From an uncultured delta proteobacterium (GTDB taxonomy: Bacteria; Desulfobacterota; Desulfuromonadia; Desulfuromonadales; BM103), in the NCBI GenBank assembly GCA_963715335.1, contig CAVQRZ010000025.1, forward strand, positions 32,001-96,000: 64,000 nt of DNA, written 5' to 3'. The notes below the pieces were generated by a model that did not search any database, had not been told where the DNA came from, and was given only the letters and a program-made list of their open reading frames with translations. Below are positions 52,445 through 63,275 of this stretch, in pieces. A program made the translations under genes and the position numbers. How positions within the stretch are numbered: the stretch's first letter is position 1; every line of letters starts with the position of its first letter.

Positions 52445-55400
52445 ATGCCTATCAAAAATTTTCGCAAAGTCATGGCGGCCAACCGTGGTGAAATTGCCAT
52501 CCGCATTTTTCGTGCCTGTACCGAACTTGGCATCAGTACTGTGGCGATCTACTCGGCAGAAGACAAACTGTCCCTGCATCGCTACAAGGCCGATGAAGCT
52601 TACCTGATTGGCAAAGGCAAGGGGCCGATTGATGCCTACCTGAGCATCGATGAGATCATTGATCTGGCACGAAAAAAAGATGTCGATGCCATCCATCCTG
52701 GTTACGGGTTCCTTTCAGAGAACGCCGAATTTGCTGAAGCCTGCGAACGCGCCGGCATTGTTTTCATTGGTCCGACCCCTGAGATGCAACGCCAGATCGG
52801 CGACAAGATTTCCGGCCGCAAGGTCGCTGTGGAGGCAGGCGTCCCTGTTGTCCCTGGCACGGCAGACCCGATCCGTTCAGAAGAAGAGGCGTTGCTGTTT
52901 GCCAAGGGTGCCGGATATCCGATCATCGTCAAGGCGAGTTCCGGTGGTGGTGGACGGGGTATGCGGGTTGCCCAGAACCAGAAGGAACTGCTCGAAGGGC
53001 TCAAGTCTGCCGCTTCGGAGGCCAGGGCGGCCTTCGGTGATGCTACCGTTTTTCTTGAGAAGTTTGTTGAAAAGCCAAAGCATGTTGAAGTGCAGATCCT
53101 GGGTGACAACCACGGCAATATCGTCCATTTCTACGAGCGGGATTGTTCTATCCAGCGCCGCCACCAGAAGGTGATCGAAATTGCACCGTCGCTTTATCTC
53201 AACAGCAAAAAGCGCAAAGAAGTCTGCGACTATGCCTTGGCCCTGGCCAGGCACGTTAACTACCGTAATGCCGGCACGGTCGAGTTCCTCATGGATAAAC
53301 AGGGGAGCTTCTATTTCATCGAAGTGAACCCGCGGATTCAGGTGGAACACACCGTGACGGAGCTGGTGACCATGCGCAACCTCGTGCAGGCACAGATTCG
53401 GGTCGCCCAGGGGTACAAGCTTTCGGATCCCGAGATCGGCATCAAGAGCCAGAAAGATGTCGAGCTGCGTGGTTATGCGATCCAGAGCCGGATTACCACA
53501 GAAGATCCGACCAACAACTTCGCGCCGGATTTTGGCATCATCAAGGCTTACCGCACCGCAGCGGGTTTCGGTGTCCGCCTCGATGCCGCAGCCGGTTATG
53601 CTGGTGCGATCATCACCCCTCACTATGACTCGCTGTTGGTAAAGATCTCGACCTGGGGCCTGACTTTCGGCGATGCATCGCGGACCATGCACCGTGCCTT
53701 GCAGGAATTCCGAATCCGCGGCGTGAAGACCAATATCGGTTTCCTCGAAAAGGTGATTACCCATCCGATTTTCCTTGAGGGCAAGTGTGATACCTCTTTT
53801 CTCGATGAGCATCCCGAGGTTTTCAAACTGCCGGTCAAAAAGGATCGTGCCAACAAGATCCTCAGCCTGATCGGTCATACTACGGTCAATGGCTATCCGG
53901 GCATCAAGCCGGAGAAACGGCTCAATTTCCGTGACCTGCGCGAGCCGGAAATCCCGGAGATCGCCTACGGCAAGCAGCATCCGCGAGGCACCCGCGACAT
54001 TCTGTTGGACAAAGGGCCGAAGGGCCTTGCCACCTGGGCTCGCAAAAATCGGCAGCTGCTGATCACCGATACCACCTGGCGTGATGCCCACCAGTCCCTG
54101 ATGGCGACACGCTTCCGGACTCATGACCTCGACCGCATCGCTGAGGCAACCGCCCATCTCGGCGGTGGCCTCTTCTCCCTTGAGATGTGGGGCGGGGCAA
54201 CCTACGACGTCTCTATGCGGTTCTTGACTGAGGACCCTTGGGAAAGGCTCGAGCGGCTACGCAGGAAGGTGCCGAACATTCTGTTCCAGATGCTGCTGCG
54301 TGGTTCCAACGCGGTCGGCTACACCAATTATCCGGATAACGTTATTCAGGAGTTCACGGTGAAAGCCGCGGAATCGGGGATCGATGTCTTCCGGATTTTC
54401 GACTCGCTGAACTGGACCAAGGGAATGCAGGTGGCAATGGAAGCGGTTAATGAGCGGACCGGTTCTGTGTGCGAGGCGGCGATGTGCTACACCGGCGACA
54501 TCCTTGATCCGAAACGTGACAAGTATCCGCTGCAGTATTACGTCAACCTGGCCAGAGAACTCGAAAATATGGGCGCCCATATCCTGGCGATCAAGGATAT
54601 GGCCGGTCTGCTCAAGCCGTTTGCTGCCGAAAAACTGATCAAGGCGCTCAAGGACGAGGTCGGTATCCCGATTCACCTGCACACCCACGACACTTCGAGC
54701 AATGGTGGTTCCATGTTGATGATGGCCGCCCGAGCCGGAGTCGATATTGTCGATCTGGCGCTTTCATCGGTCTCCGGGTTGACCGCCCAGCCGAATATGA
54801 ACGCACTACTTGCCGCTCTGGAAGGATCGATCTGGGATCCCCAGCTCAATCAGGATGACATGCAGAAGCTGGCGAATTACTGGGAGACGGTACGGACCTA
54901 TTACGCGCCTTTCGAATCGGAACTCCGCAGCGGGACAGCCCAGGTCTATCGTCACGAGATCCCCGGTGGCCAGTATTCCAACTACAAGCCGCAAGTCGAA
55001 GGTCTGGGCCTCGGCGATCGGTGGGAAGAATGCAAGGAGATGTACCGCAAGGTCAATGACATGTTTGGCGATGTGATCAAGGTCACGCCATCATCCAAGA
55101 TCGTCGGCGATATGGCCATGTTCATGGTGCAGAACAACCTTGAACCGAAGGATGTGTTCGAACGCGGTGAAGATCTCGCATTCCCGCAGGGTGTGGTCAA
55201 TTTCTTCAAGGGCATGATTGGCCAGCCGGTCGGTGGCTTCCCCCCGGAGCTACAGAAAATCATCCTCAAGGGAGAGCAGCCGCTCACCTGTCGCCCCGGC
55301 GAACTGCTTGAACCGGTCGATTTTGCCGCCAGGAAAGAAGAACTGCAGGCCAAGCTCGGGCATAACGTCAGCGACCGTGACGTCCTCTCGGCAGTCCTCT

Positions 55401-55900
55401 ACCCGGGCGTCTTCGAGGAATACGACCGTTTCCGCCAGGAGTACAGCGATACATCCTTCCTGCCGACCCCGGTTTTCTTCTATGGACTCGATGTCGGCGA
55501 TGAAGTCAGTATCGATATCGAAGCTGGCAAAACCCTGATTATCAAGCTGAATGCAATCGGCCGCGTACACGAGGATGGTACACGCAATATCTACTTTGAA
55601 CTGAACGGTGAACCGCGCGTGGTCACCGTCAAAGACCTGTCAGTGGAGACTGAAGATGTCAGCCACGAAAAGGCCGACCCTGCCAATGTCAAACATGTTG
55701 CTTCGCCGATGCCGGGCAAGGTTTTCAAGCTGCTTGCAAGCGTAGGAGAGAAGATCTCCGCCGGTGATACCTTGCTTACAACCGAAGCGATGAAGATGGA
55801 AACCAACGTCAAGGCCAAGGTCGACGGCGTTGTTGCCGAAATTCGTTTCGGGGAAGGTGATCAGGTCGGTCAGGGAGACCTGCTTGTCGTCCTCGAATAA
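52445..55900 (+). CDS. pyc: Pyruvate carboxylase (single chain)
   Basis: ANRGEIA, HPGYGFLSE, RDCSIQRRHQK, RDAHQSL, KDMAG, HLHTHDT, EAMKME; 1151 aa. Confidence 0.99.
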   Translation: MPIKNFRKVMAANRGEIAIRIFRACTELGISTVAIYSAEDKLSLHRYKADEAYLIGKGKGPIDAYLSIDEIIDLARKKDVDAIHPGYGFLSENAEFAEACERAGIVFIGPTPEMQRQIGDKISGRKVAVEAGVPVVPGTADPIRSEEEALLFAKGAGYPIIVKASSGGGGRGMRVAQNQKELLEGLKSAASEARAAFGDATVFLEKFVEKPKHVEVQILGDNHGNIVHFYERDCSIQRRHQKVIEIAPSLYLNSKKRKEVCDYALALARHVNYRNAGTVEFLMDKQGSFYFIEVNPRIQVEHTVTELVTMRNLVQAQIRVAQGYKLSDPEIGIKSQKDVELRGYAIQSRITTEDPTNNFAPDFGIIKAYRTAAGFGVRLDAAAGYAGAIITPHYDSLLVKISTWGLTFGDASRTMHRALQEFRIRGVKTNIGFLEKVITHPIFLEGKCDTSFLDEHPEVFKLPVKKDRANKILSLIGHTTVNGYPGIKPEKRLNFRDLREPEIPEIAYGKQHPRGTRDILLDKGPKGLATWARKNRQLLITDTTWRDAHQSLMATRFRTHDLDRIAEATAHLGGGLFSLEMWGGATYDVSMRFLTEDPWERLERLRRKVPNILFQMLLRGSNAVGYTNYPDNVIQEFTVKAAESGIDVFRIFDSLNWTKGMQVAMEAVNERTGSVCEAAMCYTGDILDPKRDKYPLQYYVNLARELENMGAHILAIKDMAGLLKPFAAEKLIKALKDEVGIPIHLHTHDTSSNGGSMLMMAARAGVDIVDLALSSVSGLTAQPNMNALLAALEGSIWDPQLNQDDMQKLANYWETVRTYYAPFESELRSGTAQVYRHEIPGGQYSNYKPQVEGLGLGDRWEECKEMYRKVNDMFGDVIKVTPSSKIVGDMAMFMVQNNLEPKDVFERGEDLAFPQGVVNFFKGMIGQPVGGFPPELQKIILKGEQPLTCRPGELLEPVDFAARKEELQAKLGHNVSDRDVLSAVLYPGVFEEYDRFRQEYSDTSFLPTPVFFYGLDVGDEVSIDIEAGKTLIIKLNAIGRVHEDGTRNIYFELNGEPRVVTVKDLSVETEDVSHEKADPANVKHVASPMPGKVFKLLASVGEKISAGDTLLTTEAMKMETNVKAKVDGVVAEIRFGEGDQVGQGDLLVVLE

Positions 55901-56013
55901 AGAGGAAGGCCGTCAAGTCGTGTGATTGATTACGCTTGGGCATTCAATTTGGTGTGCGCTTTAACTCAAAAAATGGTACATTTGACAACATTTTTCTACT
56001 CAGGGGAGAGAGT

Positions 56014-56487
56014 ATGCCGATAAACTGGTTATTGCTTGGCGGGCATCAAACACAAAAACGCGAGGTCATCTCCGAACAGGATCTTCTTAAGCAGGAAATG
56101 GTTGCGGAGTGTTACTGTCCCAACGGGCATTCGATTCTGACAGATAAAGCCGTCTTCCAGGGGCATCCGGGACTCACCCTAAAGTTGAAAAGTAAAACCA
56201 GTGAAGGCCTCCTGGTCATCAGCCCGTTTATCGGCGATAGAGAGCGTACCTTTATCGATTTTGAGAAGAGGCTTGGAGAGGTCGTCGATATCTGTTGTCC
56301 GACCTGTTCGGAAATCTTTCCGGTGTACAATGTCTGCCCTTGCGGAGCTCACCTGGTTGCCCTCTTTACCTCCAAGAACGCCCATTTTTCGCAATGTATC
56401 GGGATTTGCCAGAGGCTGGGCTGCTTGCATTCCGAGTTACTCAGCGAGCGCGACCTGCGTCTCTACAACCGCCAGGACTATTTTTGA
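56014..56487 (+). CDS. Cys-rich hypothetical protein, probable metal binding
   Basis: SD GGGGAG; 10 Cys in CYCPNGH, CCPTC, CPCG, C...C....C.H. Confidence 0.7.
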   Translation: MPINWLLLGGHQTQKREVISEQDLLKQEMVAECYCPNGHSILTDKAVFQGHPGLTLKLKSKTSEGLLVISPFIGDRERTFIDFEKRLGEVVDICCPTCSEIFPVYNVCPCGAHLVALFTSKNAHFSQCIGICQRLGCLHSELLSERDLRLYNRQDYF

Positions 56488-56523
56488 TCTGCCGATACCT
56501 AACTGCCCAAAATCGTTTATACC

Positions 56524-56553
56524 TTGACGTAACCAGCGCATTTCTTTTATAAC
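56524..56553 (+). promoter_or_regulatory. Sigma70-type promoter for the liv operon
   Basis: TTGACG-N18-TATAAC. Confidence 0.5.
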
Positions 56554-56617
56554 AGGATTCTATGTCCTTCAACCTATAAGTACGATTATTGATCACACAA
56601 AAAACCAAGGAGGCAGT

Positions 56618-57739
56618 ATGCGCAAGTCAGTTATGAAGGGTTTTATTGCTATTGCTCTGGCGAGCATGATTGTTCCGTCAGCCGTTTTTGCTGCAGATAC
56701 GATCAAAATTGGTGTTGCTGGTCCTCACACCGGCGACCTTGCACCTTATGGTCTTCCGACTAAAGATGCTGTCATGATGATTGCTGAGCAGGTAAACGCT
56801 TCAGGTGGTGTGCTTGGCATGCAGATAGAAGTTATGCCGATGGACGACCAGTGCAAGCCGGAAATCGCAACCAGCGCAGCTACCAAACTGGTTTCCCAGG
56901 GAGTTGACATTGTGATCGGCCACGTTTGCTCCGGCGCTACCAAGGCTGCCCTCGGTATCTACAAGGAATCGAGCGTCATCGCTGTTTCCCCTTCCGCAAC
57001 CAATCCACCTCTGACCCAGAGTGGTGATTACCCGAACTTCTACCGTACCATCGCTCCTGATGATGATCAGGGCAAGCTTGCTGCAACTTTCGCGACTGAC
57101 AAGCTTGGCGCCAAGAAGATTGCCATCCTGCACGACAAGGGAGACTATGGTAAAGGTTTTGCTGATTTCTCCCAGGCGGCTATTGAAGCTGGAGGCAAGG
57201 CTGAAGTCGTTCTTTTTGAAGGCGTAACCCCTGGCGCGATGGACTACTCAGCGGTCGTGCAGAAAATCCGCAAAGAAGGCGCTGACGCGGTTATCTTTGG
57301 TGGCTACCATCCGGAAGCTTCCAAGCTGGTCGGGCAGATGAATAAGAAGCGCGTCAAGGTCCCTTTCATCGGGCCTGATGGTGTTAAGGGTGATGGTTTC
57401 CTCGAGATCGCGGGCGCCGACGCTGAAGGCGTTTATGCAACAGGTCCGATGGATGTGTCTGCCCTTGCCGGAAACAAGCAAGCCAAGGACGACTACGTTG
57501 CCAAGTACGGTAAAGAGCCAGGCACTTTCTTTGACCAGGGCTATGCCGCGATGCAATCGGTCCTGAACGCTATCAAAGTCTCCGGTGGAACTGATTATGC
57601 CGGTCTGGAGAAAGCCCTGAAAAGCTCTTATGTTGATACCGCCGTTGGCAAGATCAAGTTTGATGACAAGGGCGACGCTGAAGGTGTTGGCTTCTCCGTA
57701 TTCCAGGTGCAAAGTGGTAAATTCGTCGAGCTGAAGTAA
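56618..57739 (+). CDS. livK: Branched-chain amino acid ABC transporter binding protein
   Basis: Signal peptide, IGVAGP.TG, DD.CKP, GH.CSG, HDK..YG.G, GGYHPE. Confidence 0.9.
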   Translation: MRKSVMKGFIAIALASMIVPSAVFAADTIKIGVAGPHTGDLAPYGLPTKDAVMMIAEQVNASGGVLGMQIEVMPMDDQCKPEIATSAATKLVSQGVDIVIGHVCSGATKAALGIYKESSVIAVSPSATNPPLTQSGDYPNFYRTIAPDDDQGKLAATFATDKLGAKKIAILHDKGDYGKGFADFSQAAIEAGGKAEVVLFEGVTPGAMDYSAVVQKIRKEGADAVIFGGYHPEASKLVGQMNKKRVKVPFIGPDGVKGDGFLEIAGADAEGVYATGPMDVSALAGNKQAKDDYVAKYGKEPGTFFDQGYAAMQSVLNAIKVSGGTDYAGLEKALKSSYVDTAVGKIKFDDKGDAEGVGFSVFQVQSGKFVELK

Positions 57740-57764
57740 TTGGCCGGATACGAAAAAGCAAAAA

Positions 57765-57790
57765 CGGGGGACAGGCTTGCCTGTCCCCCG
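57765..57790 (+). other. Stem-loop after the binding-protein gene (mRNA stabiliser or partial terminator)
   Basis: CGGGGGACAGG-CTTG-CCTGTCCCCCG. Confidence 0.65.
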
Positions 57791-57914
57791 CATTATTTTG
57801 TCCAAGATATAATTGTCAGCTTTGCTCTTTTGGCTTTGTGCCAGCCGCGCCCTTTGACGGGGTTGCGGGCCGGTTTCCCGGCTTAAATTATTTTAGAGAG
57901 TTCTGGACACAACC

Positions 57915-58817
57915 ATGGATTATTTTCTTGAGCTATTCCTGAGCGGACTGACCAGGGGCAGTATCTATGCCCTGATTGCTCTTGGTTACACGATGGTGTA
58001 CGGCATCATTCAACTGATAAATTTCGCTCATGGTGAAATTTACATGATCGGTGCTTTTGTGGCTTTGGTCGTTTCAGGGGTCCTGACGATCTACGGCTTC
58101 TCTGGCGCCTCCATACTGATCCTGGCGGCATTGATCGCGATTATCTACTCAGCCGCTTACGGTTATACTCTGGAAAAGATAGCTTATCGTCCCTTGCGCA
58201 ACGCACCGCGTCTGTCACCGTTGATCAGCGCGATCGGCATGTCACTATTCCTGCAAAACTATGTCTTGTTGGCACAAACGGCCGACTTCCTGCCTTTCCC
58301 GGCACTCGTCCCTGATTTTGCATTCATGGAGCCGATCGCTCATATCATGGGATCTTCTGAACTGGTTATCCTGATTACCAGCGCAGTCACCATGATCGGG
58401 CTGACACTGCTTATCAAATATACGCGTATTGGCAAGGCCATGCGTGCCACCCAGCAGGATATGGTCATGGCTCGCCTCACCGGGATAAATGTCGACCGGG
58501 TTATCTCGGTTACCTTTATTATCGGTTCGGTGCTGGCGGCCATCGCCGGGGTCCTGGTTGGCTCATATATCGGCCAGATCAACTACTTCATCGGCTTCAT
58601 GGCGGGCGTCAAGGCATTTACCGCGGCGGTTCTTGGCGGCATCGGCAATATCCCTGGTGCTGCGCTTGGCGGGCTTGTGCTTGGCTTGGCCGAAGCGATG
58701 GCTGCAGGCTACATCTCGAGCGCCTATGAAGATGTCTTCGCTTTTGGTGTGCTGGTCCTGATCCTCATTCTTCGTCCTTCCGGGTTGCTCGGCAAGGCCC
58801 TTAAGCAGAAGGTTTGA
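57915..58817 (+). CDS. livH: BCAA ABC permease LivH
   Basis: YALIALGYTMVYG..INFAHGE, KAFTAAVLGGIG, RPSGLLG. Confidence 0.95.
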   Translation: MDYFLELFLSGLTRGSIYALIALGYTMVYGIIQLINFAHGEIYMIGAFVALVVSGVLTIYGFSGASILILAALIAIIYSAAYGYTLEKIAYRPLRNAPRLSPLISAIGMSLFLQNYVLLAQTADFLPFPALVPDFAFMEPIAHIMGSSELVILITSAVTMIGLTLLIKYTRIGKAMRATQQDMVMARLTGINVDRVISVTFIIGSVLAAIAGVLVGSYIGQINYFIGFMAGVKAFTAAVLGGIGNIPGAALGGLVLGLAEAMAAGYISSAYEDVFAFGVLVLILILRPSGLLGKALKQKV

Positions 58818-60049
58818 TGGCGATGATCTCCTATCTGAAAAGCTCCCTGATTGCTGCCGTCTGGTTCGTCTTCCTGACCTTTCCGTTGATGGTTGTCAAA
58901 GTTAATACACTGAAAAGTACAGTTGAGTGGCGTTGGCTGAATATTCTGTGGGTTGCCATCGGTGCATTCATCCTGTCGGCAGTCTGGCGCTGGGCGATGG
59001 AGAAAAGGGCGAGAGGGGCAAGGCAGAGAGAGCAGGACGTTAGCGGTGAGGAGAAAATGGGTCTCGGCCAACGGTTTCTGGAAGACCCGAAGCTCAATCG
59101 CCCTGTGATTGGTGTTGTCGTTGCCCTGGCTTTGCTGATGCCGTGGGTTTCGGAGATGTACCAGGTGACGATCTGGGTTTTTGCCCTGATCTACGTTGTC
59201 CTAGGTTTAGGCCTCAATATTACGGTCGGTCTGGCGGGTTTACTCGATCTTGGTTACGTCGCTTTCTTCGGTGTCGGTGCGTACACCTACGCAATTCTCA
59301 ATACACGCTTCGGCCTCGATTTCTGGATATGTCTGCCGATCGGTGGCCTGACCGGTGCCCTGGTCGGTGTTTTGCTCGGATTCCCGATTCTGCGCCTGCG
59401 GGGTGATTACCTCGCAATTGTCACACTGGGCTTTGGCTCTATTGCCAAAATCGTCTACGAGAATTGGGAAGGGGTTTTTAACGGTGCCAAAGGCATTGAA
59501 AAAATCGCCCGCCCTGGATTCTTCGGCATACAGATGGATATAAGTGCTGCCACGACATTCACCTATTACCTGATGCTGGTTATGGTGGTTTTTACAATCT
59601 TTGTCACAAATCGACTCAAGGATTCACGGATAGGCAGGGCCTGGATGGCCTTGCGTGAAGACGAAATTGCCTGTGTTGCGATGGGTGTCGATATGGCAAA
59701 AACCAAGCTGTCAGCTTATGCCCTGGGCGCTTTCTGGGCTGGACTGGTCGGGGTGATCTTTGCCTCACAAACGACTTATATCAACCCGGCCAGTTTTGAC
59801 TTTATGCTCTCTGCCATTGTCTTGTCGATGGTTGTGCTTGGTGGCATGGGTTCTATTGTCGGGGTTGTTATCGCTGCCCTGGTCCTGAACCTGTTGCCTG
59901 AATATCTGCGTGCCTTTGAAGATTATCGGATGCTGGTATTCGGTGCAGTCATGGTTCTGATGATGTTGTTCCGTCCGCAGGGGTTGGTCGCAAACGTGAG
60001 AAGGACCTATACACACGGTAAGGTCCGGGCGGAGGAAGCTAATGGCTGA
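58817..60049 (+). CDS. livM: BCAA ABC permease LivM
   Basis: GLNI.VG.AGLLDLGY.AF, LRLRGDYLAIVTLGFG, VVLGGMG. Confidence 0.95.
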   Translation: MAMISYLKSSLIAAVWFVFLTFPLMVVKVNTLKSTVEWRWLNILWVAIGAFILSAVWRWAMEKRARGARQREQDVSGEEKMGLGQRFLEDPKLNRPVIGVVVALALLMPWVSEMYQVTIWVFALIYVVLGLGLNITVGLAGLLDLGYVAFFGVGAYTYAILNTRFGLDFWICLPIGGLTGALVGVLLGFPILRLRGDYLAIVTLGFGSIAKIVYENWEGVFNGAKGIEKIARPGFFGIQMDISAATTFTYYLMLVMVVFTIFVTNRLKDSRIGRAWMALREDEIACVAMGVDMAKTKLSAYALGAFWAGLVGVIFASQTTYINPASFDFMLSAIVLSMVVLGGMGSIVGVVIAALVLNLLPEYLRAFEDYRMLVFGAVMVLMMLFRPQGLVANVRRTYTHGKVRAEEANG

Positions 60050-60845
60050 GACTGCGCAGAAACTGCTTGAAGTCAATGAATTAACTATGGATTTTGGTGG
60101 CTTGCGGGCCGTCGACAGTATCACGCTTGAAGTCTGTGCCGGGGAGATTGTTGCCCTGATCGGCCCGAACGGCGCAGGGAAGACAACATTCTTCAACTGT
60201 GTGACCGGGATTTACAAGCCTACCCGTGGCGAAATTCTGGTGCATGCCCCCGGGCAAAAGACCCAGAAAATAAATAATTTTAAACCCAACCGTGTCACTG
60301 CGATAGGCATGGCCCGGACTTTTCAGAATATCCGCTTGTTCCAGAACATGACGGTTCTTGAGAATGTCATGATTGGCCGGCATTGTCGCACAACAACCAG
60401 TATCCTTGGCGCGATCTTGCGCGGCAGCAAGACCAACCGCCAGGAGCGGGAAACGATTGACCGGAGTTATGACCTTCTTGAAAAAGTCGGGCTGGTTGAC
60501 TATGCCGATGAATTTGCCAAGAACCTTCCTTATGGAGCGCAACGACGTCTCGAGATTGCCCGTGCCATGGCAACGGACCCCTTCCTGCTGCTCCTTGATG
60601 AGCCTGCTGCAGGTATGAACCCGCACGAAACCAAGGCTCTTGATGAATTGATTGTCCGTATCAGGGATAAAGAAAATATCTCCATTTTGTTGATAGAGCA
60701 TGACATGAAGCTGGTTATGAATATCTCTGAACGTATCTATGTCATGGAGTACGGCAAGAAGATCGCACATGGTTCCCCGCAGGAAATTCGCAGTAATCCA
60801 AAGGTGATTGAAGCCTACCTCGGCGAGGGAGGCGATGATGCTTAA
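60042..60845 (+). CDS. livG: BCAA ABC ATPase LivG
   Basis: FGGL.AV, GPNGAGKTT, ARTFQNIRLF, LPYG.QRRLEIARA, DEPAAG. Confidence 0.95.
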   Translation: MAETAQKLLEVNELTMDFGGLRAVDSITLEVCAGEIVALIGPNGAGKTTFFNCVTGIYKPTRGEILVHAPGQKTQKINNFKPNRVTAIGMARTFQNIRLFQNMTVLENVMIGRHCRTTTSILGAILRGSKTNRQERETIDRSYDLLEKVGLVDYADEFAKNLPYGAQRRLEIARAMATDPFLLLLDEPAAGMNPHETKALDELIVRIRDKENISILLIEHDMKLVMNISERIYVMEYGKKIAHGSPQEIRSNPKVIEAYLGEGGDDA

Positions 60846-61545
60846 AGTAGATAATATCAGTACATACTACGGTAATATCCAGGCCCTCAAGGGAGTCTCC
60901 CTCAAGGTTGAAGAGGGGGAAATTGTGACCCTGATCGGCGCAAATGGCGCCGGCAAGACTACGACCTTGATGTCCCTGTGCGGGATCGTTCCTCCAAGGT
61001 CTGGTGAAATTCTGTTCCAGGGAAAACCTGTCCACGGCCTGTCTGGTGACAGGATCGTCCAAATGGGAATTATCCAGGTTCCGGAAGGCCGCCGGATCTT
61101 TCCGAATATGTCTGTTATGGAAAACCTGGAGATGGGAGCTTACCTGCGGACCAATAAGGTGCTGGTTAAACAGGACATCAACATGGTTCTGGATCTTTTT
61201 CCGATCCTTGCTCAGCGGCGCGGTCAGATGGGCGGAACGCTCTCCGGTGGTGAGCAGCAGATGCTGGCAATCTCGCGCGGCTTGATGGCCCGTCCACGTT
61301 TGCTGCTGCTTGACGAGCCGTCCCTCGGCTTGGCCCCGATCATTATCCAGCAGATCTTCGATATAATCCGCAAGATCAACCGCGAAAACAATACCACCAT
61401 TTTCCTGGTTGAGCAGAATGCCAATCAGGCTTTGAAGCTCGCTCATCGAGGTTATGTCATGGAGAATGGCCGGATCACAATGACTGAGACGGCAGAGAAC
61501 CTGTTGGATAATGAAAAGGTCAAGACGGCCTACCTTGGTTTATAG
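60835..61545 (+). CDS. livF: BCAA ABC ATPase LivF
   Basis: GANGAGKTT, PEGRRIF, LSGGEQQML, DEPSLGLAP, VEQN. Confidence 0.95.
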   Translation: MMLKVDNISTYYGNIQALKGVSLKVEEGEIVTLIGANGAGKTTTLMSLCGIVPPRSGEILFQGKPVHGLSGDRIVQMGIIQVPEGRRIFPNMSVMENLEMGAYLRTNKVLVKQDINMVLDLFPILAQRRGQMGGTLSGGEQQMLAISRGLMARPRLLLLDEPSLGLAPIIIQQIFDIIRKINRENNTTIFLVEQNANQALKLAHRGYVMENGRITMTETAENLLDNEKVKTAYLGL

Positions 61546-61578
61546 TTAGCCGACCACCTGGCTATTTATGGATGGGAT

Positions 61579-61612
61579 ACGGGAGAAGGCGCTTAACGCC
61601 TTCTCCCGTTTT
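61579..61612 (+). terminator. Intrinsic terminator after livF
   Basis: ACGGGAGAAGGCG-CTTAA-CGCCTTCTCCCGT then TTT. Confidence 0.85.
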
Positions 61613-61737
61613 CAATTGGCTCGTGTTGTCCCTTTTGAACCGGTTGGTCAAGAAGCCGCCCGAAGCTTGGGAAACCCTCTAAAATGTCCTCTATGCCAAA
61701 GCCGTCATGGGGTGCGACAATTGACAGGGGTTTCTGG

Positions 61738-61872
61738 CAAATAAAAGTAAACAAAGTTTGTAATTATAAATATAAATAAAATAAACAAATTATAATTATA
61801 ATAAAATAAATAATAATAAATATAACATATATAAAAATATTATAAATATGCTTAGTTAATATTAATTATATG
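61738..61872. repeat. Low-complexity, extremely A/T-rich tract
   Basis: 9 G/C in the 120 nt 61741-61860; only 2 in 61761-61849. Confidence 0.9.
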
Positions 61873-62024
61873 TCTTTATGCGTTTGAAAGTAAATCATCG
61901 TGCAAGTTTTCAGCGAAGAAAGATGTTGGTAACACAAAACTCGGGAATTGTGGTGGACTGCACAGTTGTATTAGCCTTGTCGGAACGACAGATGCAAAGG
62001 AGATTCTCGTCCATTTGAAAGCAT

Positions 62025-62053
62025 TTGACAAAGCGCTGCACGCTTCTTATAGT
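62025..62053 (+). promoter_or_regulatory. Near-consensus sigma70 promoter for leuB-asd
   Basis: TTGACA-N17-TATAGT. Confidence 0.75.
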
Positions 62054-62093
62054 GACACCCGGTTTCATCCATATTATTTGTTGCAGGCCCTGA

Positions 62094-63209
<1,116 letters not shown>

Positions 63210-63275
63210 ATTATTTTTCAGTGTCGTACACTTAATGCACAGTCCTATCTCAGACAATAGAAAAGGAACAGAACA

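Noticed and set aside
52877..54157. Long antisense ORFs (426 aa here; also 4539-5510, 44746-45669, 24377-25189, 61971-62789)
   Set aside because: They mirror highly conserved genes, have no motifs or SDs, and are expected from codon bias.
61738..61872. AT tract as replication origin or CRISPR leader
   Set aside because: No DnaA boxes, repeat-spacer array or cas genes around it.
61923..62018. 31-codon ORF upstream of leuB as an attenuator peptide
   Set aside because: No Leu run, no SD, no terminator, and it lies upstream of the leuB promoter.
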